DNA from: Bdellovibrio sp. | Lineage (GTDB): Bacteria; Bdellovibrionota; Bdellovibrionia; Bdellovibrionales; Bdellovibrionaceae | Direction: 5' to 3' | Assembly (NCBI GenBank): GCA_046318155.1 | Contig: JBKCUU010000046.1 | Span: 1-23,538, forward strand | DNA length: 23,538 bases | Part shown: piece by piece, positions 1 through 7,828 of the stretch | How positions within the stretch are numbered: the stretch's first letter is position 1 | Layout: each line of letters begins with the position of its first letter | Program-made: the position numbers and the translations under genes | Notes under the pieces: generated by a model | The model's database searches: none | Seen by the model: the letters and a program-made list of their open reading frames with translations, nothing else | What the model was told of the DNA's origin: nothing

Positions 1-2276
1 TGGTAAGTTTTAACACCGAACTGTTCGCGCGAGAGCCAGCTCCAGCCATAGGTCAAAAACAAATCGGGATCGATGTTCGAAAGTTGCGACACCATACCGA
101 CTTGCGAGCCCTCGGCCGTCGTCTTTTGGTCGGGGTCTGCCAAGTATGAAGACAGTTTCGACGTTTGCATCAAGATTGTCGGGCTCAAGCTTTGATTGAC
201 GTATCCAAGGGCGTAACTGCCTTTTTGTGTTGCCGTGTCGTAACTGCCAAATAATGAGTAGGCGTGTTTTTGCAAAGGATCAAAGGCGCTGGTGCTGGCC
301 GACATTTGCGTGCCCTTGTCGTCAAAATAAACAAAGGGGAGCCAGTAGCGCGGGATCAGGTAAGGCAGCGGCGAATAATCCTCGGTTTGAGAGAGCGCGC
401 CGTCTGTGGGCGCCAGCTTGAGTTCGGGTTTTCCTAGCGGATAGCGGTCGCTAAACAAAGGCTCGATACGCGGAAGTGAGGCTAAGCTGGCGACAAAGTT
501 TTTTTCGGGGATGCGAACGAGCTCAAGGCCGCGTTCACCTATCTGAGTGACCCACAGTTCTTGCCGAGAGGCGTCCCAATCGCTGGCGTAGGCACCCGTC
601 CACAAATGCGTCACCGCCACAGGGTTCTTAAAAAGAAGATCCGTTCGGTAGACATTGCGCACACCATTTTTGTTCGAGACGAAAAAAACATGATTGCCGC
701 GAACAACCGGCAGTGTGACTTCGCCAAGTGTCAGCGGGACGGCTTCGACTTTTTGGGTGGTTAAGTCGTAGACCATCAACTGCTCACCATTTTTGTCGCG
801 CAAACTAAAGAGCACGCGCTGGTTGCTCAGCCAGACGGGCCAAGCGACTCGAGACATCAGGGCTGGTCGGTAGAGTTCCTGCGCCTTCTGGGTCGTAAAA
901 TCATAGATTGCGAGCATCGTGCGCCCGGCTTCAAGGCGCACAAAGGCAACCTTCGCGCCGTCGGGCGAAACTTCGGGTTCGCGGGCACGAAGACCTTTCG
1001 TCAGCTGCTTGCCTTTGCCTTCGGCTAAAGAAAAGGTCCACAGATCCGAGACGTCATGAAAAATATCTTTTTCTGTGATCAGATCAAAGACGAAAGATTT
1101 TGAATCGGGTTTCCAGCTGATCCGGTTGATCGTCCCACCGGGAGGAGCATCGTGCTCGAGGCGCGGAAATTTAACATCACCGCCGGGTGTGGTGACCTCT
1201 TCTTTACGCTGACCAAAGGTGCGCACGCGGTGCTCGGGCAAAAACATGTCTTCAGGTTTCGGCCGCACTAAAATTTGGATCGAGCGTTTCAGGACATCAG
1301 TTTTTGCCAAGAACGCGAGTTTTAGGCCATCGGGCGAAAGGCGGGGCGTGAACATCTCAACAAAGTCGGGATCGACAAAGGGCTCAGCCGTCGTCATCGG
1401 AACTTTGCTCAAAGTTTGCTTCTGCGTTTGTACGCGTGTTTGAACAGAGGCTTTTGTGCGCGCAAACAAGGCCGTCAAGTCTTGGCCTTTAAAGCGTTCT
1501 TCAATCGGGTCGCTCAGCATGTAGGGTAAGCGGCCACCAAAGGCAACATGCAGATCGCTGATCATCTCTTCTCCTTCAAGCGCGATCATTTCGCTCCAAA
1601 GCAAGCTGCCAAAAATATAGGGGCGGGCACCATAAGGCCAAGTTGGAATATCCGACTCATTGATCTCGGCCAGATCAAACTCACTCCAGCGTTTTGAATC
1701 CGCAAGGGCTCGAAGCGTGGCATCTTGAAAATTAGAACGCAGTCGTCCTTGAGTCGAGAACCGGGTCTCGGCATCAACGGCCACCCCTTCAAGCCACCAT
1801 CTGGGAAGCAGCAAATTGGGCGTCACGATGTTGCCAAAAATGTGGGACAAAAATTTAACAGCTCCGCGCCTTTGCTCCATCGAAAGGATGTGAGTGAACT
1901 CGTGAACCGAGATGTTTTCGGCCCAATCGCCGAGTTCCGAAATGCTTTCCATGGGACCAGGCAAAGCTGGAAACAGCATCACGTGGGCATAAGGCAAAGC
2001 CGTCGCGTAGCCGTTCGTGAGATCTGTGCGATCATTCAAAATCACGGTCAACCGTTCGGGGAGAACCTTCCAGACCGTTTGGAGCTGGCTCCAAGCTCGT
2101 TCCATACGCACCAGATAATAGGCGGCGAGCTCCTGCTGCCTAGCATCATAAATCAAATTGAAGTGAGCTGACCGCGCGGTCTTCCAATCGATTTTGGGGT
2201 CGACTGCAGCGGCGGCGACTTTGGCAAGCCCTGTCAAAACGAGACACAAAAAGAGGCAAACAAGATTTCTGTTCAT
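1..2276 (-). CDS. Secreted/outer-membrane protein: HExxH gluzincin (peptidase MA-like) domain + TolB-like PD40 beta-propeller + probable Omp85/BamA-type barrel; 3'-partial, runs off the left edge
   Basis: Absent from the ORF track, probably because there is no stop in the window. Translated by hand from ATG at 2276: signal peptide MNRNLVCLFLCLVLTGLAKVAAA; HEFTH at 1890-1904; PRWWLEGVA (Glu at 1788-1790); PD40-like FTPRLSPDGLK and QLTKGLRAREPEVSPDGAKVAFV; then YSPLPYLIPRYWLPFVYF...SAFDPLQKHAYSLFGSYD and amphipathic strands. The frame was open in every segment I translated, including 3-420. Confidence 0.85.
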   Translation of the reverse strand, partial: MNRNLVCLFLCLVLTGLAKVAAAAVDPKIDWKTARSAHFNLIYDARQQELAAYYLVRMERAWSQLQTVWKVLPERLTVILNDRTDLTNGYATALPYAHVMLFPALPGPMESISELGDWAENISVHEFTHILSMEQRRGAVKFLSHIFGNIVTPNLLLPRWWLEGVAVDAETRFSTQGRLRSNFQDATLRALADSKRWSEFDLAEINESDIPTWPYGARPYIFGSLLWSEMIALEGEEMISDLHVAFGGRLPYMLSDPIEERFKGQDLTALFARTKASVQTRVQTQKQTLSKVPMTTAEPFVDPDFVEMFTPRLSPDGLKLAFLAKTDVLKRSIQILVRPKPEDMFLPEHRVRTFGQRKEEVTTPGGDVKFPRLEHDAPPGGTINRISWKPDSKSFVFDLITEKDIFHDVSDLWTFSLAEGKGKQLTKGLRAREPEVSPDGAKVAFVRLEAGRTMLAIYDFTTQKAQELYRPALMSRVAWPVWLSNQRVLFSLRDKNGEQLMVYDLTTQKVEAVPLTLGEVTLPVVRGNHVFFVSNKNGVRNVYRTDLLFKNPVAVTHLWTGAYASDWDASRQELWVTQIGERGLELVRIPEKNFVASLASLPRIEPLFSDRYPLGKPELKLAPTDGALSQTEDYSPLPYLIPRYWLPFVYFDDKGTQMSASTSAFDPLQKHAYSLFGSYDTATQKGSYALGYVNQSLSPTILMQTSKLSSYLADPDQKTTAEGSQVGMVSQLSNIDPDLFLTYGWSWLSREQFGVKTY

Positions 2277-2306
2277 AGGGGCCAATTGCAACATGGGGTG
2301 AATCGT

Positions 2307-2336
2307 TTGACAAGGGAGCGCTGACGAGCAGAAAAT
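2307..2336 (+). promoter_or_regulatory. Candidate sigma70 promoter for the pal cluster
   Basis: TTGACA at 2307-2312, an 18-bp spacer, then GAAAAT at 2331-2336, about 70 bp upstream of the pal ATG. Confidence 0.4.
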
Positions 2337-2405
2337 CTGAGATTGATTATATCTGGCGTGCGTCTTATTTGCGTGCTGGATTTTGTTTCAACTAGGAGGA
2401 ACAAA

Positions 2406-2918
2406 ATGTTGAAAAAGAGCCTGGGTCTCGTCTCCATCGTCGTTTTGGCTTTATCATTGGGTGCTTGTAAATCGTCGAAAAAAGTCGACGACGCAGGATC
2501 TGGAGCAGATGGAATGGAGACATCGGCACCACAAATCGATTCGACTCCTCTGAATTTGGATGCCTCCGGCAGCGACAGCGGCCGCATCGCCGGACTCAGC
2601 ACGATTTATTTTGACTACGACAAATCAACTTTGTCCGCGACGGCCAAAAAGACAATCGCAGCCAATGTGAATTGGCTCAAAGGTCAAAAGATCAAAATGC
2701 AAGTCGAAGGACACTGCGATGCCCGCGGTTCAACTGAGTACAACTTGTCATTGGGTGAGCGCCGCGCTCAATCCGTTAAAGCTTACATGGTTAGCCTTGG
2801 TATTCCTGCCAGCCGCTTGTCGGTGATCAGTTACGGAAAAGAAAAACCATTGGCGAACGGTGATTCCGAAGAAGCGTACAGCAAAAATCGCCGTGCGAAC
2901 TTCGTTCCTTTGCAATAA
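2406..2918 (+). CDS. pal: Peptidoglycan-associated lipoprotein Pal (OmpA-like domain)
   Basis: AGGAGG RBS before ATG 2406; lipobox LGAC; motifs IYFDYDKS, VEGHCDARGSTEYNLSLGERRA, VISYGKEKP, NRRA. Confidence 0.95.
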   Translation: MLKKSLGLVSIVVLALSLGACKSSKKVDDAGSGADGMETSAPQIDSTPLNLDASGSDSGRIAGLSTIYFDYDKSTLSATAKKTIAANVNWLKGQKIKMQVEGHCDARGSTEYNLSLGERRAQSVKAYMVSLGIPASRLSVISYGKEKPLANGDSEEAYSKNRRANFVPLQ

Positions 2919-2930
2919 GGGTTCATCCGG

Positions 2931-3233
2931 ATGTTGCGAAGACTGACCGCCGCCTTCACGATTTTTCTTGCAGGCTGTGTCACGGCTCCGCCACCAATTG
3001 ATGACTACACAATGGCACGGGCTGCTCTTGAAGCGGCCCGTACTGTTGAAGCAGCCCGGCACTCGCCCGGATTCTATCATCAGGCCGAAGAATCCTACCG
3101 CAAGGCCAAGCTTTTGTTTGAGGAGCGTGAGTTTGAACGCGCCAAAGAGCAATTCGTTCGATCCCGATTGGCTGCTGAAAAAGCCGAAAATTCGGCTCGT
3201 TTGATTCGCATGAAGAGTGGAGAGGTCCTATGA
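2931..3233 (+). CDS. Small helical lipoprotein, DUF4398-like
   Basis: Lipobox LAGC followed by an Ala-rich helical pattern (ARAALEAARTVEAARHSP..Y..AE...KA); lies between pal and cpoB, with an ATGA overlap to the next gene. Confidence 0.7.
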   Translation: MLRRLTAAFTIFLAGCVTAPPPIDDYTMARAALEAARTVEAARHSPGFYHQAEESYRKAKLLFEEREFERAKEQFVRSRLAAEKAENSARLIRMKSGEVL

Positions 3234-3967
3234 AAAATCGCCTTGTCAGCTGCCAAAATCGCCTCCTCGTCGCGCTTGGCATGACGTCACTCTTCTTGGC
3301 GGGCTGCCCTCAACTTCAGACACGCAGTTCTCTGCGCGAAGATGGACGCAAAACCATTCAAGATACAACGACGGCGATGCAGAGAGCCAATGCCGAGACC
3401 GTCAGCCGTAACTCAGAGCTTGAGGCGACTTTGCGCGAACTCAACGGCCGCGTTGAGGTTGTCGAAAACCGCGTGAGCCAAGCCGACCAAGGCCAAGACC
3501 GCGTCCGCAAGAATCTTGAAGATCAGTTGGCAGAAACCAATCGTAAATATTTTTTGCTACAAGAAGAAGTGGGTAAACTTGAGATGCAAATATCGGCTTT
3601 GGCAGAGCAAGTCGCCGCCAACTCCAGAGCCGCCGCCGCCGCCGCCGCCGGGGTCCTCTCGGCCCAGCAGCAAGACGATAAAGAGAACGAGCGTCGCGCT
3701 AAGAATGACAAGCGCACACCCTTCGATATTGGTGAAGAACACTTTAATAAAAAAGAGTGGCGTAAAGCGATTTTGAATTATCAAAAATACCGCGACACCT
3801 TTCCTAAAGGTAGAAAGTTCCCCGAATCGACCTACAAAATTGGCGTCTGCTTTCAAGAATTGGGGATGAAAGACGAAGCCAAAACGTTTTATGACGAGTT
3901 GGTCGCCAAGTTTCCAAAATCGGACGAGGCCCGCCGGGCCCGCATCCGATCAAAAAAAATGAAGTAG
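3230..3967 (+). CDS. cpoB: Tol-Pal associated CpoB/YbgF-like lipoprotein (coiled coil + TPR)
   Basis: LAGC lipobox; coiled coil LRELNGRVEVVE; C-terminal TPR (AILNYQKYRDTFPKG, YKIGVCF, FYDELVAKFPKS); downstream of pal. Confidence 0.85.
   Translation: MKNRLVSCQNRLLVALGMTSLFLAGCPQLQTRSSLREDGRKTIQDTTTAMQRANAETVSRNSELEATLRELNGRVEVVENRVSQADQGQDRVRKNLEDQLAETNRKYFLLQEEVGKLEMQISALAEQVAANSRAAAAAAAGVLSAQQQDDKENERRAKNDKRTPFDIGEEHFNKKEWRKAILNYQKYRDTFPKGRKFPESTYKIGVCFQELGMKDEAKTFYDELVAKFPKSDEARRARIRSKKMK
3629..3649 (+). repeat. (GCC)7 microsatellite encoding poly-Ala in the CpoB linker
   Basis: Seven perfect in-frame GCC units read directly from the sequence. Confidence 0.9.
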
Positions 3968-3986
3968 TCAGTTAGGTGATCAACAG

Positions 3987-5036
3987 GTGATCAAACGCGT
4001 TCTCGCTATCGAAACCAGCTGTGACGACACCTCCGTGGCTGTCGTTCGCCATGATGGTTTTGTGGAAGCCGTTGTTTCTGCGCACCAAGATTTGCAGCAT
4101 GCCCCCTTTGGCGGCATCGTGCCCGAAATCGCCTGTCGTAATCACACACTCAATCTCTTGCCACTCGTTGAAGAGGCGCTTTTGCAAGCGGGTCAAACGT
4201 GGGAGCAGATTGAAGGCTTGGCGGTGACCAACCGTCCGGGTCTCATCGGGTCCTTGATCGTGGGCGTCTCAACCGCTAAGACGCTGGCCCAAGTGCAAAG
4301 TCTTCCGATGATTGGGGTCAATCACCTCGAGGGGCACCTGCAGGCCGCCTTTTTAAAAGATGATCAATTCTCGCCACCGGCTGACTTTGGCTATCCATTT
4401 GTGGCCTTAGCCGTGAGTGGGGGCCATAGTACGATTTATTTTGTTCCTGAATTTGGCCGCTATGAAGTTCTTGGGGCGACGATGGACGACGCGGCCGGCG
4501 AGGCCTTTGACAAGTTTGCAAAAATGATTGGGCTGGGATTTCCGGGCGGTGTGCAAGTCGATAAGCTCTCGCAAACAGGGAACGCCAAGGCCTTTGAACT
4601 GCCGCGCTCGTTGATTAACGACGACAACATGATGATGTCGTTTTCGGGCCTCAAGAGCTCGGCTGCTCGGCTCGTCGAATCGATGGCACCTCGGGATGTT
4701 CAGGCGCGCCGGTCTGATTTGTGCGCTTCATTTCAAGAGGCCATCGTTGATGTTCTCATCGCAAAACTTCAGCGCGCCGTCCGTCAGAAAAAAGTCTCGC
4801 GCGCGGTGATCACGGGCGGAGTGAGTGCCAACTCAAGATTGCGGGCTCGGGGTCGTGAGTGGGCTTTAGAAAACAAAATTCAATTGGTCATTCCGCCGAT
4901 CAAATACTGCACGGACAATGCCGCCATGATTGGACTGGCAGGCATCCAGCGGCTCAACCGCGGAGAGTGCGATGCTCTGACCATGGGACCATCGCCCAGC
5001 TCGCACCCGCAAGATTTTGTCGGGGACAACCGATGA
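3987..5036 (+). CDS. tsaD: tRNA N6-threonylcarbamoyladenosine biosynthesis protein TsaD
   Basis: Motifs LAIETSCDDT, FGGIVPEIA, VNHLEGH, VSGGH, DDAAGEAFDK, SFSGLK, GGVSAN, CTDNAAMI. Confidence 0.97.
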   Translation: MIKRVLAIETSCDDTSVAVVRHDGFVEAVVSAHQDLQHAPFGGIVPEIACRNHTLNLLPLVEEALLQAGQTWEQIEGLAVTNRPGLIGSLIVGVSTAKTLAQVQSLPMIGVNHLEGHLQAAFLKDDQFSPPADFGYPFVALAVSGGHSTIYFVPEFGRYEVLGATMDDAAGEAFDKFAKMIGLGFPGGVQVDKLSQTGNAKAFELPRSLINDDNMMMSFSGLKSSAARLVESMAPRDVQARRSDLCASFQEAIVDVLIAKLQRAVRQKKVSRAVITGGVSANSRLRARGREWALENKIQLVIPPIKYCTDNAAMIGLAGIQRLNRGECDALTMGPSPSSHPQDFVGDNR

Positions 5037-5863
5037 AAATAGAACTCAAGCTCGAGCCCGCTCATGAGCGCCTGCGTGCCCGGCAAGATCACTTGAGCGT
5101 CCGAGCTAAGAAATCGCTGGGCCAAAATTTTCTGATTTCAGATTCGGTGATCCACAAGATTTTAAAAGCGGCGATGGATCTCAATCCCGCCAGTCTGATT
5201 GAGGTCGGTCCCGGCATGGGCGCTCTAACGGATGGGCTTGTGCAGATGAAAGTTCCGCTTCAGTTGATCGAGCTCGATTCGACATTTGCCGGTTTTTGGC
5301 GCGAACAAGATCAGAACGTCATCGAGGTTGATGCCCTTCAGTGGGATTGGACAGCGTTGACTTTAGAAAAGCCCCGGGTCTTGGTCAGCAACTTACCCTA
5401 TCAAATTTCGTCGTCACTGGTCGTTGAACGCAGCTTAGATTCAGATCCATTTGCCGGCATGGTCTTGATGTTTCAAAAAGAAGTCGCGCAGCGGATGAAG
5501 GCGACCCATCAGCAGGGTCCCTATGGTTTTTTGTCGGTGCTGGCGCAAAGTTTCTGGAAAATCGACTTGCTCTTGGAAGCCTCGAGCCATGATTTTTTAC
5601 CTCAGCCAAAGGTTGCTAGCCGTGTTTTGGTTTTTAAAACCAAGCCTAGCCCGGTTGAAAACAAGCGCGATTACTTGAGGTTTTTAAAGGCATGTTTCTC
5701 TCAGCCCCGAAAGTACATGGCCTCGAATTTGGCGGGCGAGTATCCAATTGCAAAGGAAGATATCAAAAGAAGCCTCGAAACCTGGGGATTTAACCCGCAA
5801 ACACGGGCGGAGCAGCTGAGTCTCGAGAATTTTCTTGAGATTTACACGCATTTCAAGAGATGA
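5033..5863 (+). CDS. rsmA: 16S rRNA m6,2A dimethyltransferase RsmA/KsgA
   Basis: Motifs KKSLGQNFL, EVGPGMGALT, VSNLPYQISS, MFQKEVAQR, PKVAS, RAEQLS. Start moved to ATG 5033, which overlaps the tsaD stop (ATGA). Confidence 0.95.
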   Translation: MKIELKLEPAHERLRARQDHLSVRAKKSLGQNFLISDSVIHKILKAAMDLNPASLIEVGPGMGALTDGLVQMKVPLQLIELDSTFAGFWREQDQNVIEVDALQWDWTALTLEKPRVLVSNLPYQISSSLVVERSLDSDPFAGMVLMFQKEVAQRMKATHQQGPYGFLSVLAQSFWKIDLLLEASSHDFLPQPKVASRVLVFKTKPSPVENKRDYLRFLKACFSQPRKYMASNLAGEYPIAKEDIKRSLETWGFNPQTRAEQLSLENFLEIYTHFKR

Positions 5864-5873
5864 AGAGCCCTGA

Positions 5874-6347
5874 ATGAAGCCCGCCAATGATGCCATCCTC
5901 ATCGTCGCTGAAAATCGAAAAGCTCGCCACGAGTACGAGATCATCAAGGTCTACGAGGCCGGTCTCGTCCTGCAAGGCAGTGAAGTCAAGTCGATTCGCG
6001 ACAGTCAGATCCAGTTGAAAGATGCTTACGTTTCTTTTCGCGGGGACGAAGCTTTTTTGCAAAACGCCCACATCGCCGTTCACAAACCCAGCAGTTACAA
6101 CAATCACGAGCCTGAGCGGGTCCGAAAACTTTTGCTCAACCGACATGAACTGAACGCGATTATGGAAAGCATCCAAGAGAAGGGTCTCACCTGCGTTGCG
6201 CTCAAAGTTTATTTTAAAAAGGGCCGTGCCAAAGTCGAACTCGCGATTGCGCGCGGCAAAAAGCTGCACGACAAGCGTGAGTCGATTAAGAAGCGCGACG
6301 CCGCGATGGAGCTGAAACGCTCACTTCAGAAGACTCGTCGGGGGTAA
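5874..6347 (+). CDS. smpB: SsrA-binding protein SmpB
   Basis: Motifs NRKARHEY, EAGLVLQGSEVKSIR, RKLLL, GKKLHDKR. Confidence 0.97.
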   Translation: MKPANDAILIVAENRKARHEYEIIKVYEAGLVLQGSEVKSIRDSQIQLKDAYVSFRGDEAFLQNAHIAVHKPSSYNNHEPERVRKLLLNRHELNAIMESIQEKGLTCVALKVYFKKGRAKVELAIARGKKLHDKRESIKKRDAAMELKRSLQKTRRG

Positions 6348-6951
6348 GTCCGAGTTGCCCACGTTTAAGTGCGCGCAAGTTTTCAAGAGCAAGTCGTGAT
6401 TCCACTTGAGTGTCATCAACACGAATTTTTTCGAGCAATCTCATTTCGGCTTCAGCCTGAGCTCGGATAGTTCGGTACAGATAACTGTAGGTCCCGGTGA
6501 ACTCCCGCATTTCGTCGCTCTCGCGAACGATAAATTCTTGACCGCTCCAATCGCCACGAATGAGGAGGCGCATATGGCGCTCCATATTCGAGAGGGGTCC
6601 AAGCCAAAGAGTGGTGATACGAAGAGTCGTCCAAGCTGTGATCAAGCCGGTCGCCAAAGTTCCAAGAAGAAGCAAGACTCCGATCCAAACTTGCTCGCGC
6701 TCGAGGTGATTGAGCAGTCCCGGATGAGTGTCGTAGGCGATCCGCTGAAAGCTCTGGTAATTGTCGCGCAAAAAGTACCAAGTAGGTCCAGCAAAGCAGG
6801 CCACCAAAAACGTGCTCGTAAAGCCAAGAATCAACGTGTAGCGCCACTGCAGGCGAGAATTAATGATGCGAACAGGACCGCGCCGCTTAACGACCTTGGG
6901 CCGCGAAGGGGGGGTGAATTTGTTCTGATGTGGTCTTCGTCCTTGAAGCAT
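6286..6951 (-). CDS. Inner-membrane protein with two TM segments and a HAMP-like domain, no output domain
   Basis: Two hydrophobic stretches, then GPLSNMERHMRLLIRGD...VRESDEMREF (HAMP-like P...GD...R..DE pattern). ATG at 6951; start uncertain. Confidence 0.65.
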   Translation of the reverse strand: MLQGRRPHQNKFTPPSRPKVVKRRGPVRIINSRLQWRYTLILGFTSTFLVACFAGPTWYFLRDNYQSFQRIAYDTHPGLLNHLEREQVWIGVLLLLGTLATGLITAWTTLRITTLWLGPLSNMERHMRLLIRGDWSGQEFIVRESDEMREFTGTYSYLYRTIRAQAEAEMRLLEKIRVDDTQVESRLALENLRALKRGQLGLTPDESSEVSVSAPSRRRAS

Positions 6952-7027
6952 CAATCCTGTATCGGTTGTTTGTTTTTTTTCTCGAGTCGAATTACTCTTT
7001 TCGAGACGGTCTCAAAAAGGGGAACCC

Positions 7028-7828
7028 ATGATCAAAGTCGAGTGCACTGGTAAAAAATTAACTGGAGTGGCCCTCTTGCTTATAGCTCTGACTGGTTGCC
7101 AGACCTTCGACCGGAGCAATCAGTACGTTCGCCGAGATGATCAAGCCCCTCTGGTTGATGAAAAGTACAGTCTTAAGGCCGACCGGCAGAAAATGGAAGA
7201 ACTTCGCCAAGATGTGCCGGCCGAGCGCCGCCGCCAAAACGATGAAGTTGCGTTTGCGCTGCAAATGTTTCAGGAGGTGCGCCGATCACCCCAAGAGATC
7301 AGGACCCAGTTCGACTCTGCGGTTCGCAAAAAGCGTGAGCTTTTGAACCGGGATTTGCAAAAAGAACGAGAGCAATTCACTCGAGCCGAGCGCGCCAAGC
7401 GCGACAATTTTTTAAAGGATCAAAAAAACTCGCGCGAGGCGTTTTTGAAATCGAAGCCGAATAAAGATCAGCGCGATGACATGTTTAAAGACCAAGAACT
7501 GAAGCGGCGCGATTTTTTTGCCGACGAACGCGAGAAGCGTGGCGATTACGAATCGGACGTTCGCGAGCGCCGCAAGAGCTTTGAAGACTACGTTCGCGAG
7601 CGCCAAGGTGAATTTACGCAAGAGTACCGCGTCTACTCCCGCAAATATGATGATCTCAAAAGAGAGCAGCAGTTACGCGGTCGTGACAAGGCCAAAGAGG
7701 CTCCTTCGTCGTCGCCATCAAACGCGTTTCGTGCCTCGCCTGAGAATCTAGAGGCTGAAGATTTAAGAAACGAAATTGAAGCGCTGAAGCAGCACCCAGG
7801 AACAAAACTTGAGTCCGGAAACGACTGA
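7028..7828 (+). CDS. Highly charged helical lipoprotein with 11-residue repeats, function unknown
   Basis: Basic N-terminus, hydrophobic core and lipobox LTGC (Cys24); R/K/E/D-rich body with periodic F/Y residues. Confidence 0.75.
   Translation: MIKVECTGKKLTGVALLLIALTGCQTFDRSNQYVRRDDQAPLVDEKYSLKADRQKMEELRQDVPAERRRQNDEVAFALQMFQEVRRSPQEIRTQFDSAVRKKRELLNRDLQKEREQFTRAERAKRDNFLKDQKNSREAFLKSKPNKDQRDDMFKDQELKRRDFFADEREKRGDYESDVRERRKSFEDYVRERQGEFTQEYRVYSRKYDDLKREQQLRGRDKAKEAPSSSPSNAFRASPENLEAEDLRNEIEALKQHPGTKLESGND

Noticed and set aside
227..2171. Short ORFs from the track (227-421, 561-764, 1219-1443, 1586-1792, 1725-2171)
   Set aside because: They are shadows of the long motif-bearing minus-strand gene at 1-2276.
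4859..5032. 58-codon N-terminal extension of rsmA
   Set aside because: It lies inside tsaD. ATG 5033 gives a normal length and an ATGA coupling.
5874..6400. tmRNA (ssrA) next to smpB
   Set aside because: No tRNA-Ala-like ends or tag-coding region were recognisable, and the flanks are fully coding.
6406..7053. 215-aa plus-strand ORF
   Set aside because: Antisense to the TM/HAMP-like gene, has no motifs and overlaps the lipoprotein start.
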